This document shows, piece after piece, positions 13,831 through 26,438 of a stretch of 64,000 nucleotides of DNA; position 1 is the stretch's first letter, and each line of letters starts with the position of its first letter. This DNA is from Kudoa neothunni. Its lineage: Eukaryota > Animalia > Cnidaria. Under the pieces are notes generated by a model. It did no database searches. It saw only the letters and a program-made list of their open reading frames with translations, and was not told where the DNA came from. The translations under genes were made by a program, and so were the position numbers. Where the stretch lies: assembly GCA_964304625.1 (NCBI GenBank), contig OZ199838.1:1839927-1903926 (forward strand), written 5' to 3'.

Positions 13831-14872
13831 CCGTTATAAATTTTATTTATTCGGGGAATAAATATTGGAAAGTTTAAAGTTTTAAACGGAACCAATAGTT
13901 TTATTATCTTTAAACTCAATAAAAAGATGGTAGACGAGCAGCTAGTTTACCAACTTTACACGATATATGCAACGACAAAATTAACTCTATATGTATACTT
14001 GTTAACGCACAAATAAAAAATTCGCAGGTTCATGTATAAACATGTATTATTTTTAGAATTTAAAATAAAGGAATAATTTTTAGTGAAGACGTCATTCTTT
14101 TTCGATAGGTTTCATATATTTATGGGTTTAAAAATTGGGACCGAAACGTTGTTATCATAACATGGAGAAGCTTGATTTAAATATCGCAATAGCTCTAAGA
14201 TTTCGCCGAGATCTAAAAGGCTGGTAACTGCTGGTCTAAAATGAAAATTCTGTTCATAAATTAGGCATATCGGGAGTCTGGATGTAAAGTTACCCCCTGA
14301 TCCAGCGATACCTCGGGGAGAAAATATTAAATGCAGCGTCTGCGTACGATACGAGAACGGTATCCGTATAGTTGTGCTCTGTTAATGACCTTTCATTAGC
14401 GAAATAATGAGAATTAGTTTTATATTTTTTATGCCGGCCATAAAATGATTCTTTATATGCTATATTTGATGCATATTTTAGTTTATTTTAATTTATTATT
14501 GAGACGTCTATCTCTAGATTAAACGAACACATTTGGAATATAATAATTAAATTATTATTATAATTTAATAAAATTTTAGGAGGTCGGCAGTTAAAACGAG
14601 GAAACATGATTAGTAAAAAAAACATCGGCCCGAAAAATTCCGGGAATTAATCCCGTCGGAGTAGTGTGATAATTTTGAGCAGTATAAATTTAAATTTTAC
14701 AATTTTACTTTTTAATATATGTAAGAGGAGATAGATTAAGTTATAATAGGAATTATGAAAATGATTGAGCAATTATATTGGAAAAATACCAAAATCAATT
14801 ACTTTCTTAGTTTCATGATATATTTATAACTTTAATATTCCTATTTAATTGAATTAAATCTGGTTGCGTGAA

Positions 14873-17800
14873 ATGCTCAAAAATATTCGGAACCTAAAAA
14901 CGATTGCTAAATCACTTAAGCTTGGAGTTGTTCTTGTGCAGCCGTGAGTGTGGCCATTTTGAGGATGTGCATGAAAGTAGGGTTTGTAGGTGTAAATAAA
15001 TTCTTTTTGAATTCGTGTCTGTATATTAAGTAATTTAATGCACATAAATATAATTTAAACCCAAAATAAAGGGCCCACCGGTCACTAAGCAAGTATCACG
15101 GTTGCATTATAGGCTCTGGCCCTTCGGGCATGTATTTGGCTCAAAATCTGTTGAAAGTAAAGAAAATACGGAACAATTTTGTTTATCTATTATTCAGCGA
15201 TCAACTCAAAACAATATAAACCTCCATTTGGATATCTATGATAAATTGTTTACTCCGTACGGGCTGGTGCGATACGGGGTAGCGCCGGATCACCAGGATG
15301 TAAAAGTAATCACGAGAAAACCCAAATCCAAATATGCTATTTATTAATCTGTAGAAGGTGGAATCCACGTTTGAAAGAATATTGATGAATCCTAATGTTT
15401 CGTTGTTGGGTGGAGTTGATGTTGGAAAAAACGTTCGATTGAGCGAATTGATGGAACATTACGATTTCACTGTGCTGGTTAGTTTTTTTTGTATTTATCT
15501 CATATTATAAATATTTAAATGATAAATACGTAGTGTTACGGACAATTCAATCCCAAACTACTGAACATTGAAGGAGAGGTGTGAATGAATAATTGTCTTG
15601 GTCGGAGATTCTATATTAGGTTGACTAATTTAACGATTAGGAATTTAAAAATATTTACACTGGTCAATCATTTGTGAGTTGGTACAATGGGCATCCTTCA
15701 TCTTTGAAGGTATTATAAGCATTTTTTGGTTCTTTTATAATGAATAATTAGATGAGTCAACCAAATTTAAAAGTAAAGAATGCAGTGGTTATTGGATTGG
15801 GAAATGTGGCGATTGATGTAGCCAGATTGCTATTGACAGATTTTAATGATCCAAATGTCATTTCCTACACATAATAAGTATCGCTTTAAAAACTTTCATT
15901 ATGTAGAACGCTTACGACATTCCAGAACCAGTTTTGGACCGTTTAAGAGAGAAACAAATTGAAAATGTTTATATCGTTGGTAGAGGGGGTGTTGATAGAG
16001 TATGTGCATTGTGTTAATTGCGAGTTGTCCTCTAAGAATATTTCGATCTTTAGATAGCCTTCACAATTAAAGAATTTAGAGAGCTGACTAAAAAGTCTAA
16101 TGTTGTAATGAATTTAGACCCTTATTATGTCAAAAATTTAGTTATAGAAGGTAGATATTCGAATTTATTTGAGAAATAATCCCTTAAATTTCATATTATC
16201 ATTATAGAACATCCTAGAAACCGTCAAAGATTGTTAAAATTCCTAAAGGAACTGGCGTTATCATCGTAAAAAATTGGCGCCTATCTTACCAACTCACAAA
16301 TTTCGTTTTTAGATCCACTTCCCCAAATAATACTGGTGATTTGATGTGCAGTTTAATGTTTGAAAAAATACCCCAACAATTTTTAAACGGGTTGGACAAA
16401 AATGTTCAATCGATACTTTTCAAAGATAAAAATGTTTTTACTCTGTTTTTCTTGGTTTTTTAATTATCGTCAATTTTAGAGCGGGGAAATTGTCAAGGTT
16501 GATTGTGGTTTGGTAACGATTAGTTAACTGAATTTATTTTAACATCACTTTTTTTAGGTTGTTAGTTGTATTGGTTACAGTGGGATTAGTATTGATCCCA
16601 GCATCACTTTTGATTCTCAGAAGGGATGTATTCCTAATATGGATTCGAGAATTATATCTCCAACTGACAATAAAATCATTCCAAGTAAATATCAACACAA
16701 AAATTGACAGTTGAAGTTTTTGTGTAATTTAGGGCTATACTGTAACGGCTGGGTTAAAACTGGTCCTAAGGGAAATATTGCTAATACCCTGGCCGATACT
16801 TACAGTACCGGTGAGACAATAATGGAAGACCTCCTTCAAGGTAATGATTCTTCATTAACAGTAATATGTGCAGTTAACTCATTTATTTTGAATGTGTATT
16901 AAAATTCACATTACCATGAGATAATAATACACGCCTAACTTACATTACATTTAAATGTAGATTCATGGTTTTTTAATAGATTCTTTATTAAAATATTTTA
17001 GTTTTTTTAAATAATAATTTTATAATTCCAATATGTTTTATTTTGGATACCATAGATGAAAATCTGTAATTTTCTAGAATTTGTTAAGTATAAAAATTTA
17101 ATTTAGTAACATTTCCTCGTTGTTCATTTTATAAACCATATTATCTTAATAATTGTTAACCATTTCAAAGTTTGCGTTTGTTTTTTAATATTCATTTAAT
17201 TAATCATTTGTTTACAAAATTATTTTTTTAACACTCACAGTTATACATATAGTATGGATTATATAGTTATGTAACATTTTGATATATGAATCATAAAATT
17301 TAGAGTGGATTTATTTTAAAATAAGTATAAGATGGTTTACTTATTGGTTATCTCATAAATTTTTCCATAATTCGAGTCATTTTTATATCGATTAACAATT
17401 AAATAAAAATTTTCATCGCTCCAATTTAAACATATCACTTGAGGTTAAAGTAATGTCCATTATGCGATGTTAAGGATTCATATAAAAAGCTACGAAAATT
17501 AAATTAATCTCGATTAGTAGCTTAGTTCCTTCTCTGAATCAAATTGATGAAAAATTTGACTGTTATACCACCAAAACCTCATTAATATAATAACTGTAAT
17601 AACTATATTAATTATATTAACAATATTAACATATAATGAAAATATTTGTTATGAAAGTCTCAATAATATAATAAATTAATTAGTGTACAGTGAAACCACG
17701 GACTTGGATCATAATCCGTTCTAGAAGTGTGTTCGATCTTTGATTAATTTTTCCCTGCAAAGTAATGAAAATTAGTTATATCTGTTACCGCGCATCAAAT

Positions 17801-19198
17801 AAATGACCATTTTTATTTTTGAAAAACATTCTTACCTTGTGTTTATAAAATATAACGGATAAATATTAAATATAAACATAAAAATGAAAATGAAAATAAT
17901 GAAAATGAAAATAATGAAAATGAAAATAATGAAAATGAAAATAATGAAAATGAAAATAATGAAATAAAGGATAAATAATTTTTGGTTGTCATACGATAGA
18001 TTATAAAACTTTATCTTTTGATGACGTTCGCACAGTTTGCTTCATCGACTATTCTTCTAGAATTTTGTCTATTTTCTGTTTTTGCTCTAACTGGGTTTGT
18101 TCTGAGTACCCTTTCCATATTTGTTCGAACTCCGAGGTTGCACTGTATACATGATAAAAATATTTGACCAGTTAAAATTTATTCATAGAAAATTTAAACT
18201 TTGCAAATTTATAAGTTTTAGAAATAAATTGTTACGTTCACTATTTTTTTAGATCGAATTTATCTAACAGAAGATTTTCGTTATCGTTGCGATTATAAAT
18301 TTGTCCACCAATAATTCTGCATACCAATGTTTAATTTTATTAAAACTATTAATAGTTTTGATATTATAAGTTTAAATGAGTTATTAAAATTTATGAAATT
18401 ACTTGACTGGTAAATTAAAAATTTATTAATTTTAAATAAAATTTGTATTTTTCGCTGAAAAAATCCTAAAAGTTATTATTAAATATTATTTCCTTTATAT
18501 TATTTAGTATAAAAAATAAATAAACTAGAATCTATTATTATTTATCTCAAACAATTTAAGATAAGTTTATTTTATTTTTGAATATTTGATGAAAATGCAA
18601 ATTAAATATTTATCCAGTTCGCACGCGCATATTATATTAATACCAAGTCAAAATATAATTCTGCATTTGATTAATTTAGTTTATTTCAATAAACTTAATA
18701 ATTATTTAAATCTCCCGAATTCTCTAATAATATTCGAATAATATTCCTTCGGATATTGCATAAGACTTATTCCATGTTAATAATTACAAAATTAAGTTTT
18801 GTATCAATTCTATCGTAAAAAACGTTCTTTAATTTCTTTAATGTATTTTCATATATTACATTAAAATAAAATTATAAAAAAATAATAATAATTTTAGGCA
18901 AATTAGATCGACCCCAACCCTCTCCTTCTAATACCAACAACGGCCGTGACGATTCCAATAGCAAAATTGACGACTATGGTAAGAGTGCTATTGTTGATAT
19001 ATTGCAGGAGCGAGGTATTTGTCTGATTATCCAAACTATGACCGGCTATTTAAAAACTAATTTCAAGGTGTCCAGCCCAAAACGTTTAGCGACTGGAAAC
19101 TGATCAATCAGCAGGAGAAGCAGAGAGGAGAGAGAAAAAAGAAAATTCGTGAGAAAATAATAGACGAGAGTGTGATAGACAATTTGATTAAAAAATAA
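14873..19198 (+). CDS. FDXR: NADPH:adrenodoxin oxidoreductase (ferredoxin reductase), multi-exon
   Basis: CIIGSGPSG (FAD-binding GxGxxG), PYGLVRYGVAPDHQDVK, VVIGLGNVAIDVAR, AFTIKEFREL, GLYCNGWVKTGPKGNIANT, TFSDWKLINQQEKQRG...REKI. N-terminal basic, acid-free extension. Long intron 16841-18898. Confidence 0.95.
17688..18145. mobile_element. Tigger/pogo-type MITE in the long FDXR intron
   Basis: TIRs cagtgaaaccacggacttggatc and (revcomp) cagtgcaacctcggagttcgaac, flanked by TA on both sides. Confidence 0.8.
17880..17965. repeat. Tandem repeat of aatgaaaatgaaaat (15-mer, about 5 copies) inside the MITE
   Basis: Directly visible periodic sequence. Confidence 0.9.
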
Positions 19199-19426
19199 TT
19201 CACGCCAAAACACACACACACACATAGATTAGTAGTACAGACAATTTTTTACAATAATATTCACATAAAAAATCACAAAATCATAAAAATGTTAGAGTCC
19301 TATTGTACATGGTGTGGTTGATGACTGCAATATGCAGTAGATGCGAAAGTATAATGTGTAAAATGGCAGTAATTTAACCACCACCACCTTATTGATATTG
19401 ATGAACTACTCTATTTAACAGATGAG

Positions 19427-20623
19427 TTAATGTTTGATGTGGTTGACAGTGGAATTTTGAACTCCATTAGGATAATAGGGCCTTATGTTGTTAGGGTTGA
19501 TTTTGAGTTTGGATAGAATGAGTTTATAAAATTCTTCATAAAAGTTCGACATGCCATCATACCCAGGTAGAAAATTGATATCAATAAGTCCATAATTGTA
19601 GCCATTCACAATAATATCTATGCCCATCAATGTGAAAGGTATAACCTAAATTAGAGTAATCATATCATTAGAAAAAATAAGTAGATAGATAGATGGTACT
19701 TGTTGTAGACGCCGTATCAATTCATTCACAACATCATCATTCAACAGTTCATTATTGCCATAGCTGACATGCTGATGGTATCGTTTGGCGAATTTGTTAA
19801 GAAATGACACCGAATCAGGTTTCGACACTTCATGACTATTGAAAACAATAGAAGGATGTTTACAGCTGTGGTTGGTGCCATTTTCATTGGTGAATCCGTT
19901 GGTGTTGGTTGTTGAGGAGGAGCGTTCATGGCCATCACTAGATGGATCGATATCGATACTATCTTTGAAATTACGAATCGACGGTCGATTGACGATACAC
20001 CATGACGATCCAACAACAAATATTTTGCACATATTCATATCATGATTGATAAAACTTTGCGCAATACAAGGCACAATTTCGAGTTCATTCATCAGTTGAT
20101 ATGAATTGAAGATGAGTTGCATATCATGCGCACCAGGGCCTTCAGCAGCATTCAACGCCTTACACAGAATAGGATAGGTGACCCCCTTGGAGGAGAGTGA
20201 ATGAGTTAATTGTTCACAAGTTTGTTGTTTGATATGGTCGATTTTCACCCATGGAGGTACATAAACTCTATAGCGACCCAATTGAAAAGTGCTTTTCTCA
20301 CATATACAACTCATAGTGGCCCGATTCGCCAACTGAAAAACCATATCAATGCTATCAATAAACACACACGAAGTGGAGTGGATCTTTTGAAAGTTGTACA
20401 TTTCTTGTATGATATTCGACGCAACGACATCTCCTTGATCAGCATCTCGTTGATAATCACTAATTTTATGAATAATCATATTGAAAGGGCCTTGCGCTTC
20501 GAGCGAAAGTCTATCATCTATATTCACCACTTCAACATTGAGCGCGTTGAGTTTCTCTTTCACACAATCTAGTAGGCCGAGCGCTTGAGCTTTTTTCTCA
20601 GCCAGCAAATAACCGACACGCAT
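19427..20623 (-). CDS. ITPK1: Inositol-tetrakisphosphate 1-kinase (ATP-grasp), 2 coding exons
   Basis: MRVGYLLAEKK, QGPFNMIIHKISD, YPILCK, HDMQLIFN, QSFINH...KIFVVG, RPSIRNF, FNSHEVSKPDS. Intron 19646-19699 joins GIDII...LIDINFLPGYDG. Confidence 0.95.
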
Positions 20624-23600
20624 TTCAAATTAAATTTTGATTTATTTCGACTGCCAGGATCAGCAATCAATTAACACAACAACAAAGACAACTCAGTTAG
20701 TTTTTCGAACAATGTGGATAGGATGGATTTGATGTAATAGTTGTAATATTGATTGGCTAAATAACACAAAATCAATTATTGATGGATCAGTAGAGATCGA
20801 TCCTATTCTCCAAACATCTACTGTTAGCTAGCTAGCTGGCTCAAGTATCAAACTAATAATATTGAGGTTGGTTGATAACAGTAAATAAATATTCGGTTTC
20901 ATTAACAACCAAAATTAACACAACCAATTTCATCCAACCACACGGTCAATTGTTTTTCCAATAATATCATTATTAATTCCGTAAAAATTTCCAATTAACA
21001 GCGAGATTTTCGCTTCTCACCCACCCACCACCCACACCAGCACACAAATAATACCTACCTTATTGCGAAAAGAAAATTCACACACTATCACCCACAAATT
21101 TCCAGTTGAAAAAGTGTACCAATCCCAGAGGCACTCTATTTTCGCTAATCTTCGGCAAGGGCGAACCCCTTCGAACTCCCTCTGTGATTTTTAACCTAAT
21201 GCCACACATTATCGTAGGTATTAGCGTGATACGTTCGATAAGCACTTTCTAGATACTCATCCAATATTGGATCATTTGGCTGGGCGAGAATGTTTAGGTG
21301 GTTGTGGGGGGATTTGGTGTAATATTCTTTGTTGGGAGGCGGATTCTATCATTTTTAAGCCACTGTTAACAATGAGATATTCTGTTGGGTGGGTATGTGT
21401 GGATGATTTTGTGCGTAGGTGTCTGATTAATAGGGGGAGGGGGTTCGAGGTTGCAATATTTTAACTGAAATAGTTGTCGATTATTATTATTATTATCATC
21501 AACCAACCTAATAAGTTTGGTGCTAATCCAATCATACGATAGAATATTTCCGACCAACCAACAGCTTTAATACACTCACTGCTCAAAGTTGTTTTGGCGA
21601 GTGATTATTTTACCAATAAGCTCTTGACTGTTTTGTTTCCGATTGAGAATAACCACATGAGATCGAAAGCAACGCTAGACCTTGCATTAGGTTCGTAAGT
21701 CAATTTTTTGACTCTTAATATCACAAATTTTACTTACGTCTAATGTCACTGCTTTGAAGAAATTGTCACATCTCCAAGGTTGTAAACTAATGCGGCCATT
21801 AGCCAATAATACTACTACAAACAATCTTACTTTTTATTATTTTCTACGAGAACATAGATCTTTGCCATGTAACGATAAAAGTTTGAAATTATTTCGTTCT
21901 TTACACACATTATTTTGGTGGTATTTTATTGAAGATTTAAAGTATAATAACATTTTCAGTAAAATAAAATGAGTGTAACAACCTTTATCTCGCCTTTAAT
22001 ATGATTTTCAACGATTAAATAATGATTCGTGTAACTGTCACGCCTATTTTAGGCAGATTTCGTTGTGCAATTTTGAATAATATCTACACCACTCATTATA
22101 CGTTCTCATGCTTGGAAATCGTTTTTTTTTACTGTTATTTATCTAGAAAATTGGGTTTAATTAAACTTTTAACCCTCGGTTATTATTTTTTATTCAATTT
22201 TAAAATTTCAATAAAAACATTTATTGGTTTGTCTTAGATATTTTTCACTTGTTTATGTGGATTGAAATTAGTTGTTACTGTTTTATAAAGTTGAGGTAAT
22301 CTTATTTAATTTATGCTTTTGTAATTCTTTATTTTCATTTTTATTTTGACGTTTTGTGACACTTTATTTTTTAGATGTAGAATCTATAATAATTGACAAT
22401 ATAAAAAATTAATCATGATCGAAATAAAACTCATATGGTGTTTGAACTGATCTAAACGCGAAATAATCGTGTCTTGTGAGATCTGTATCGGTTAGTCAGC
22501 TATTTTATTAACCGACTATCCAAGTTCTACTCATAATACACTTTAGATATTATAAGATTGGTTAATTTAAATACTAATTACATTTAGTTTTTAACTGTAT
22601 TATTTAAAAATAAATATTGTTTTTTTAAAAAATTAAATTTGTGTACAGCTTGTAAGTTAAAATTGCAAGTATTAAAATCGACAGTGCGCGCATGCGAACA
22701 TGCAGCTGAAAATTTATTGTCCAAATAACCTCTATCTTTTTCATTTAATCGTGTATATTTGTTTTTTATGTTGAATGAAAAAGGTGAACTTAAAGTCAAG
22801 CTTATAAATTTCTTAAGAGAATTAAATATAATGAAAACTTCTCATAATCTTAATCTTTATCTAATTCTTTCATGCCGAAACCTTGTTCCTAATATGAAGA
22901 TGATATATTACGTAAAAATGGTTAGATATAACAAATTAATAAGTTAAAAAACTACAATCAAATTTTTTCAGCTATTATCATCAATTAACAGGGAAAATGA
23001 AAATCAAATAAAATCCATATTCGCATGTATCACAACCTCGTATAAATTTCAGAATGTTTTTTAAATGCTTTGAGAATTTAATTTTTATCGGATTTGTAGA
23101 CAATAGCTTGGTACAATCAATATGCTCATATCGATCAACTTTTTTGCGTACACACCAAAAAATATGTTAACACTTTATGTTAAAAAAATAACATATCTAA
23201 ATATATAATGAACTGATACTTTTTATATTTTTTATAGTATATCGAGTTTTAGTTTATATATATTTTTTTGCTGAGGTATGTGTATTATATTAAATTAAAA
23301 ATAGTAATAATAATTTATCGGATAATACACAACAATAATCTGTGTATAATTTTTTTAATTTCCCAACTTTTTAAATATATATGAATATTTTTTAATTATG
23401 AAAAATTATATTTGATCAAAAACCTTAAATGGAATATTTTGGGAGAGTGGGGGAAAAGTGCGGCCCGCTGACAAGTTTAAAAGGTCGAAAAATTTAGTGA
23501 GAGTACACGATTTTCATAATCTTTTAATCATCAAAACAATAACTGTTGGAGAAATATTTTAGATTTATAAACGTTAATTTTACGCGATTTAGTTATCCGA

Positions 23601-23929
23601 TTTGATATTTTATATATACTTGCCCCTTGCGCATGATTATCGTACCTTTCATTACAAACGATATGTTAACGAAAAAATTATTTATTGCTATATTTAAAAT
23701 GGTATAAAGTCGATGTAATTTGTATAATTTTTTAGATATCCCTAGGTTTTTAACCATAAATGTTTATAATAGAGGTGTATCAAAATTTATCAACTCAATG
23801 TAGGAATAGTTTTCTATTTATCTTCTTAATTTTCTCAAGTGATAATGCGCTCAAACTTTCCTTATTAATTTATTAATCGTCGTTTATTGACATCACATGT
23901 TTGTACAGCTAAACATAAACGTCTCCTGA

Positions 23930-24170
23930 AAGAGTACAATTAATGAAAAAAACCGTGATTTTAATGATGATTGGACTCAAATATATTTCTTCACACATTC
24001 AATGGATAAAGCGGCCCCTTGTCTCTATTTTGAATCAGTTCCCATATTAAAGAAATATAACTTGAAGCGGCAGTACCTAATGAATCATAGGGAATTCAGC
24101 GAGGAAACCAACGGTAAAAATAGAGAACAAACGGCCTTAAAATACTTTGAAAGTTATAAAAAGCAACATT
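23930..24170 (+). mobile_element. hAT (Buster/Charlie, GTF2IRD2/SPIN-like) transposase N-terminal zinc-finger remnant
   Basis: NEKNRDFNDDWTQIYFF...APCLYFESVPILKKYNLKRQYLMNH resembles the ENRxFxxEWTxxYFF...CLIC...KEYNLKRHYETKH pattern, with metal ligands partly lost. Confidence 0.7.
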
Positions 24171-24646
24171 AATCAATTCAGACTGAAAACCTTATGATAA
24201 ATATTTCTTTTATTTATTGATATCAATTTGTGAAATTGATAGAAATAATTAAGGGTAACAAATAATAATTTATGATAACTTTTTCGAGTGGAATTTTTAT
24301 TCTGAAAAATCATTTTACAACACCTTAAAAGATATAAATATTACATTGATAGTTACCAAAAATTACGATTTTTGTAATTTAAACAAATTTATATTTTAGA
24401 ATTGAAATATTTCGTAGTAAATTTTAAGAAAATTACTTCTATGCGTTGGTGATATTTAGGCCACAAAAAATTTGGTGTAATCTAAAATATCATAAATGTA
24501 ATTTTTTGGGTTAACTTTATTATACGCATATTTATAACTAGGATTGGCGAGTTTCGATTAAATCCGTCAAATTTTAACAAATTGTTAGACATTTATTTTT
24601 TGTTGATCGATAAAAATCGATTTTGGTATGTTAACATCGAATTAAG

Positions 24647-25665
24647 ATGGGTTGGGAACGAGGTGATATTATTAATTATTTAGTGGAGTGGGCTGATTTT
24701 GAGGCTGTTGGCGATTCCTTGTCTTGTAAATATTACAAGGTTCTGTTGCTGCTTAAACAGAACAGAATTCAAGAACATTTCAGTTCACAGAAATATTTGT
24801 CAATAAAGTCGAATGTTTCTAAAACAATACCCTTAAAAATATTCTAAATCTCGACAGATTGAAATTAAGGGATATTGAAATCGATTTGGTGAAGATTGTA
24901 ATTTTTGACGGTCTTCAATTTGATGCGATTAATAAAAAGTGTAACTTGAAGGTGTTCCTTTCTAAGTATTGCCCGGCGTCGAGATCCCCGCCAGATGGGA
25001 AAACATTGATTGATAAACATCTTTCGGTTGTATTCCAAGAAGGTATCGATAATATTTAATAACTGATGAGTCTCCTGATTCGAAAAATAGCCCAGTTTTC
25101 AATACATTAGCTTCTTTTCATGATTATGTTATTGATGAATGGAGAAATATAACGCTTGTTCAATGCAAATCCGTAATCATAGCTGATCACATATCCAGTG
25201 TACGGAATCGGTACGGCTAAGAATGGGATAAATGCATTTCGATTGTTTCTGACTCAGCACAGTACATGAACAAATATTTTAAGGATTTGAGAACCATGTA
25301 TCCAGCTATCTATCATCGGAATTCCATGTTTTTCACACATTATTCATTTGGCAATTCAAAAAGTTCCAAATTAATACTTTTCCGCCCTTTTATCGAAAAA
25401 TGGGAACTTCCTCGTGTTTTGGATATACGATGGTATAGTTCCTTTAACTGTCAAACAGATAAATGAATACTATCCTGCAGTCATTACTTTCTTAAAAGAA
25501 ATTAAAAATGATGAAACAGGAAAAAAATTATGCTCAATAATTGAAATTGATTCAAATAATTACATTATATTTTATTGTCAATTAAATATAAAGAATATTA
25601 ATTTAATATGGTATCTTAAAGACAATATAATTATCAAAATAATACAAAATTTATTCTTTGATTGA
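24647..25665 (+). mobile_element. Decayed hAT-type (CGGBP1-like) transposase
   Basis: Fragments LSCKYYK...IQEHFSSQK, ITDESPD...PVFNTL, IVSDSAQYM, DIRWYS across several stops and frameshifts. Confidence 0.65.
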
Positions 25666-25743
25666 CAAAAATTTACATTGCATATAAAGACAATTAGAAA
25701 GTAAAATAATACACACCAAACTAATCACGCATATTCAATAGAT

Positions 25744-26407
25744 TTAAGCTTGTCCGAAACGTTTTCTTTTAAAAGCAGGTGTTTGTTCCTGAATAATATC
25801 TTCATAACGTCTAGAAATGACCATAAAGGAATTATCTTTCAGTTGCTGTAGCGTCATAAGGGGCTAAATTTGAAAATACATCAATACTAAAACAGTGGAT
25901 GGTATAAAGTGTTACATCTTTGAAGCCAACATTTTTTACCCAACATTTATTGTTTTTTTCCTAATGGAAATTATAAAATTTCTAAATTCTTTTAATTATA
26001 CCTTTATAAATCCAACAATTTTATATGCAGACTGTCTTGTAGAACAAATAACATTTCTCGGGTTGTTTTCAATAAATATCTGACTGATAATTTCATTATT
26101 TTTAAGTTTTTTCATATCATATATTGTTTTCAGACTCAATTCTTTCGATTCTACGGTATAATTGAAAATCTAATCACAAAGTTGGATTATTGATTATGAC
26201 TGCATTAATGACAACCTGTTTGCTAATGGTAGAAAACAACAATTGTTGATTAGTCAAAACAAAACATGTAACCATAACATCCAGAGTAGGCAAACTAACC
26301 ATCAACTAAAACAATCAACATAACTTATTTTAATTTATGTATAATGAGATACTTCAAAGTTTTTAGTTGAATACAAGGCTATTTGTGAAGCTTCACTAAT
26401 ATTATTA

Positions 26408-26438
<31 letters not shown>

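Noticed and set aside
14270-14400. GC-richer patch with ctggat/atccag pairing, possible ncRNA
   Set aside because: No recognisable snRNA, tRNA, SRP or snoRNA motifs; needs an Rfam covariance search.
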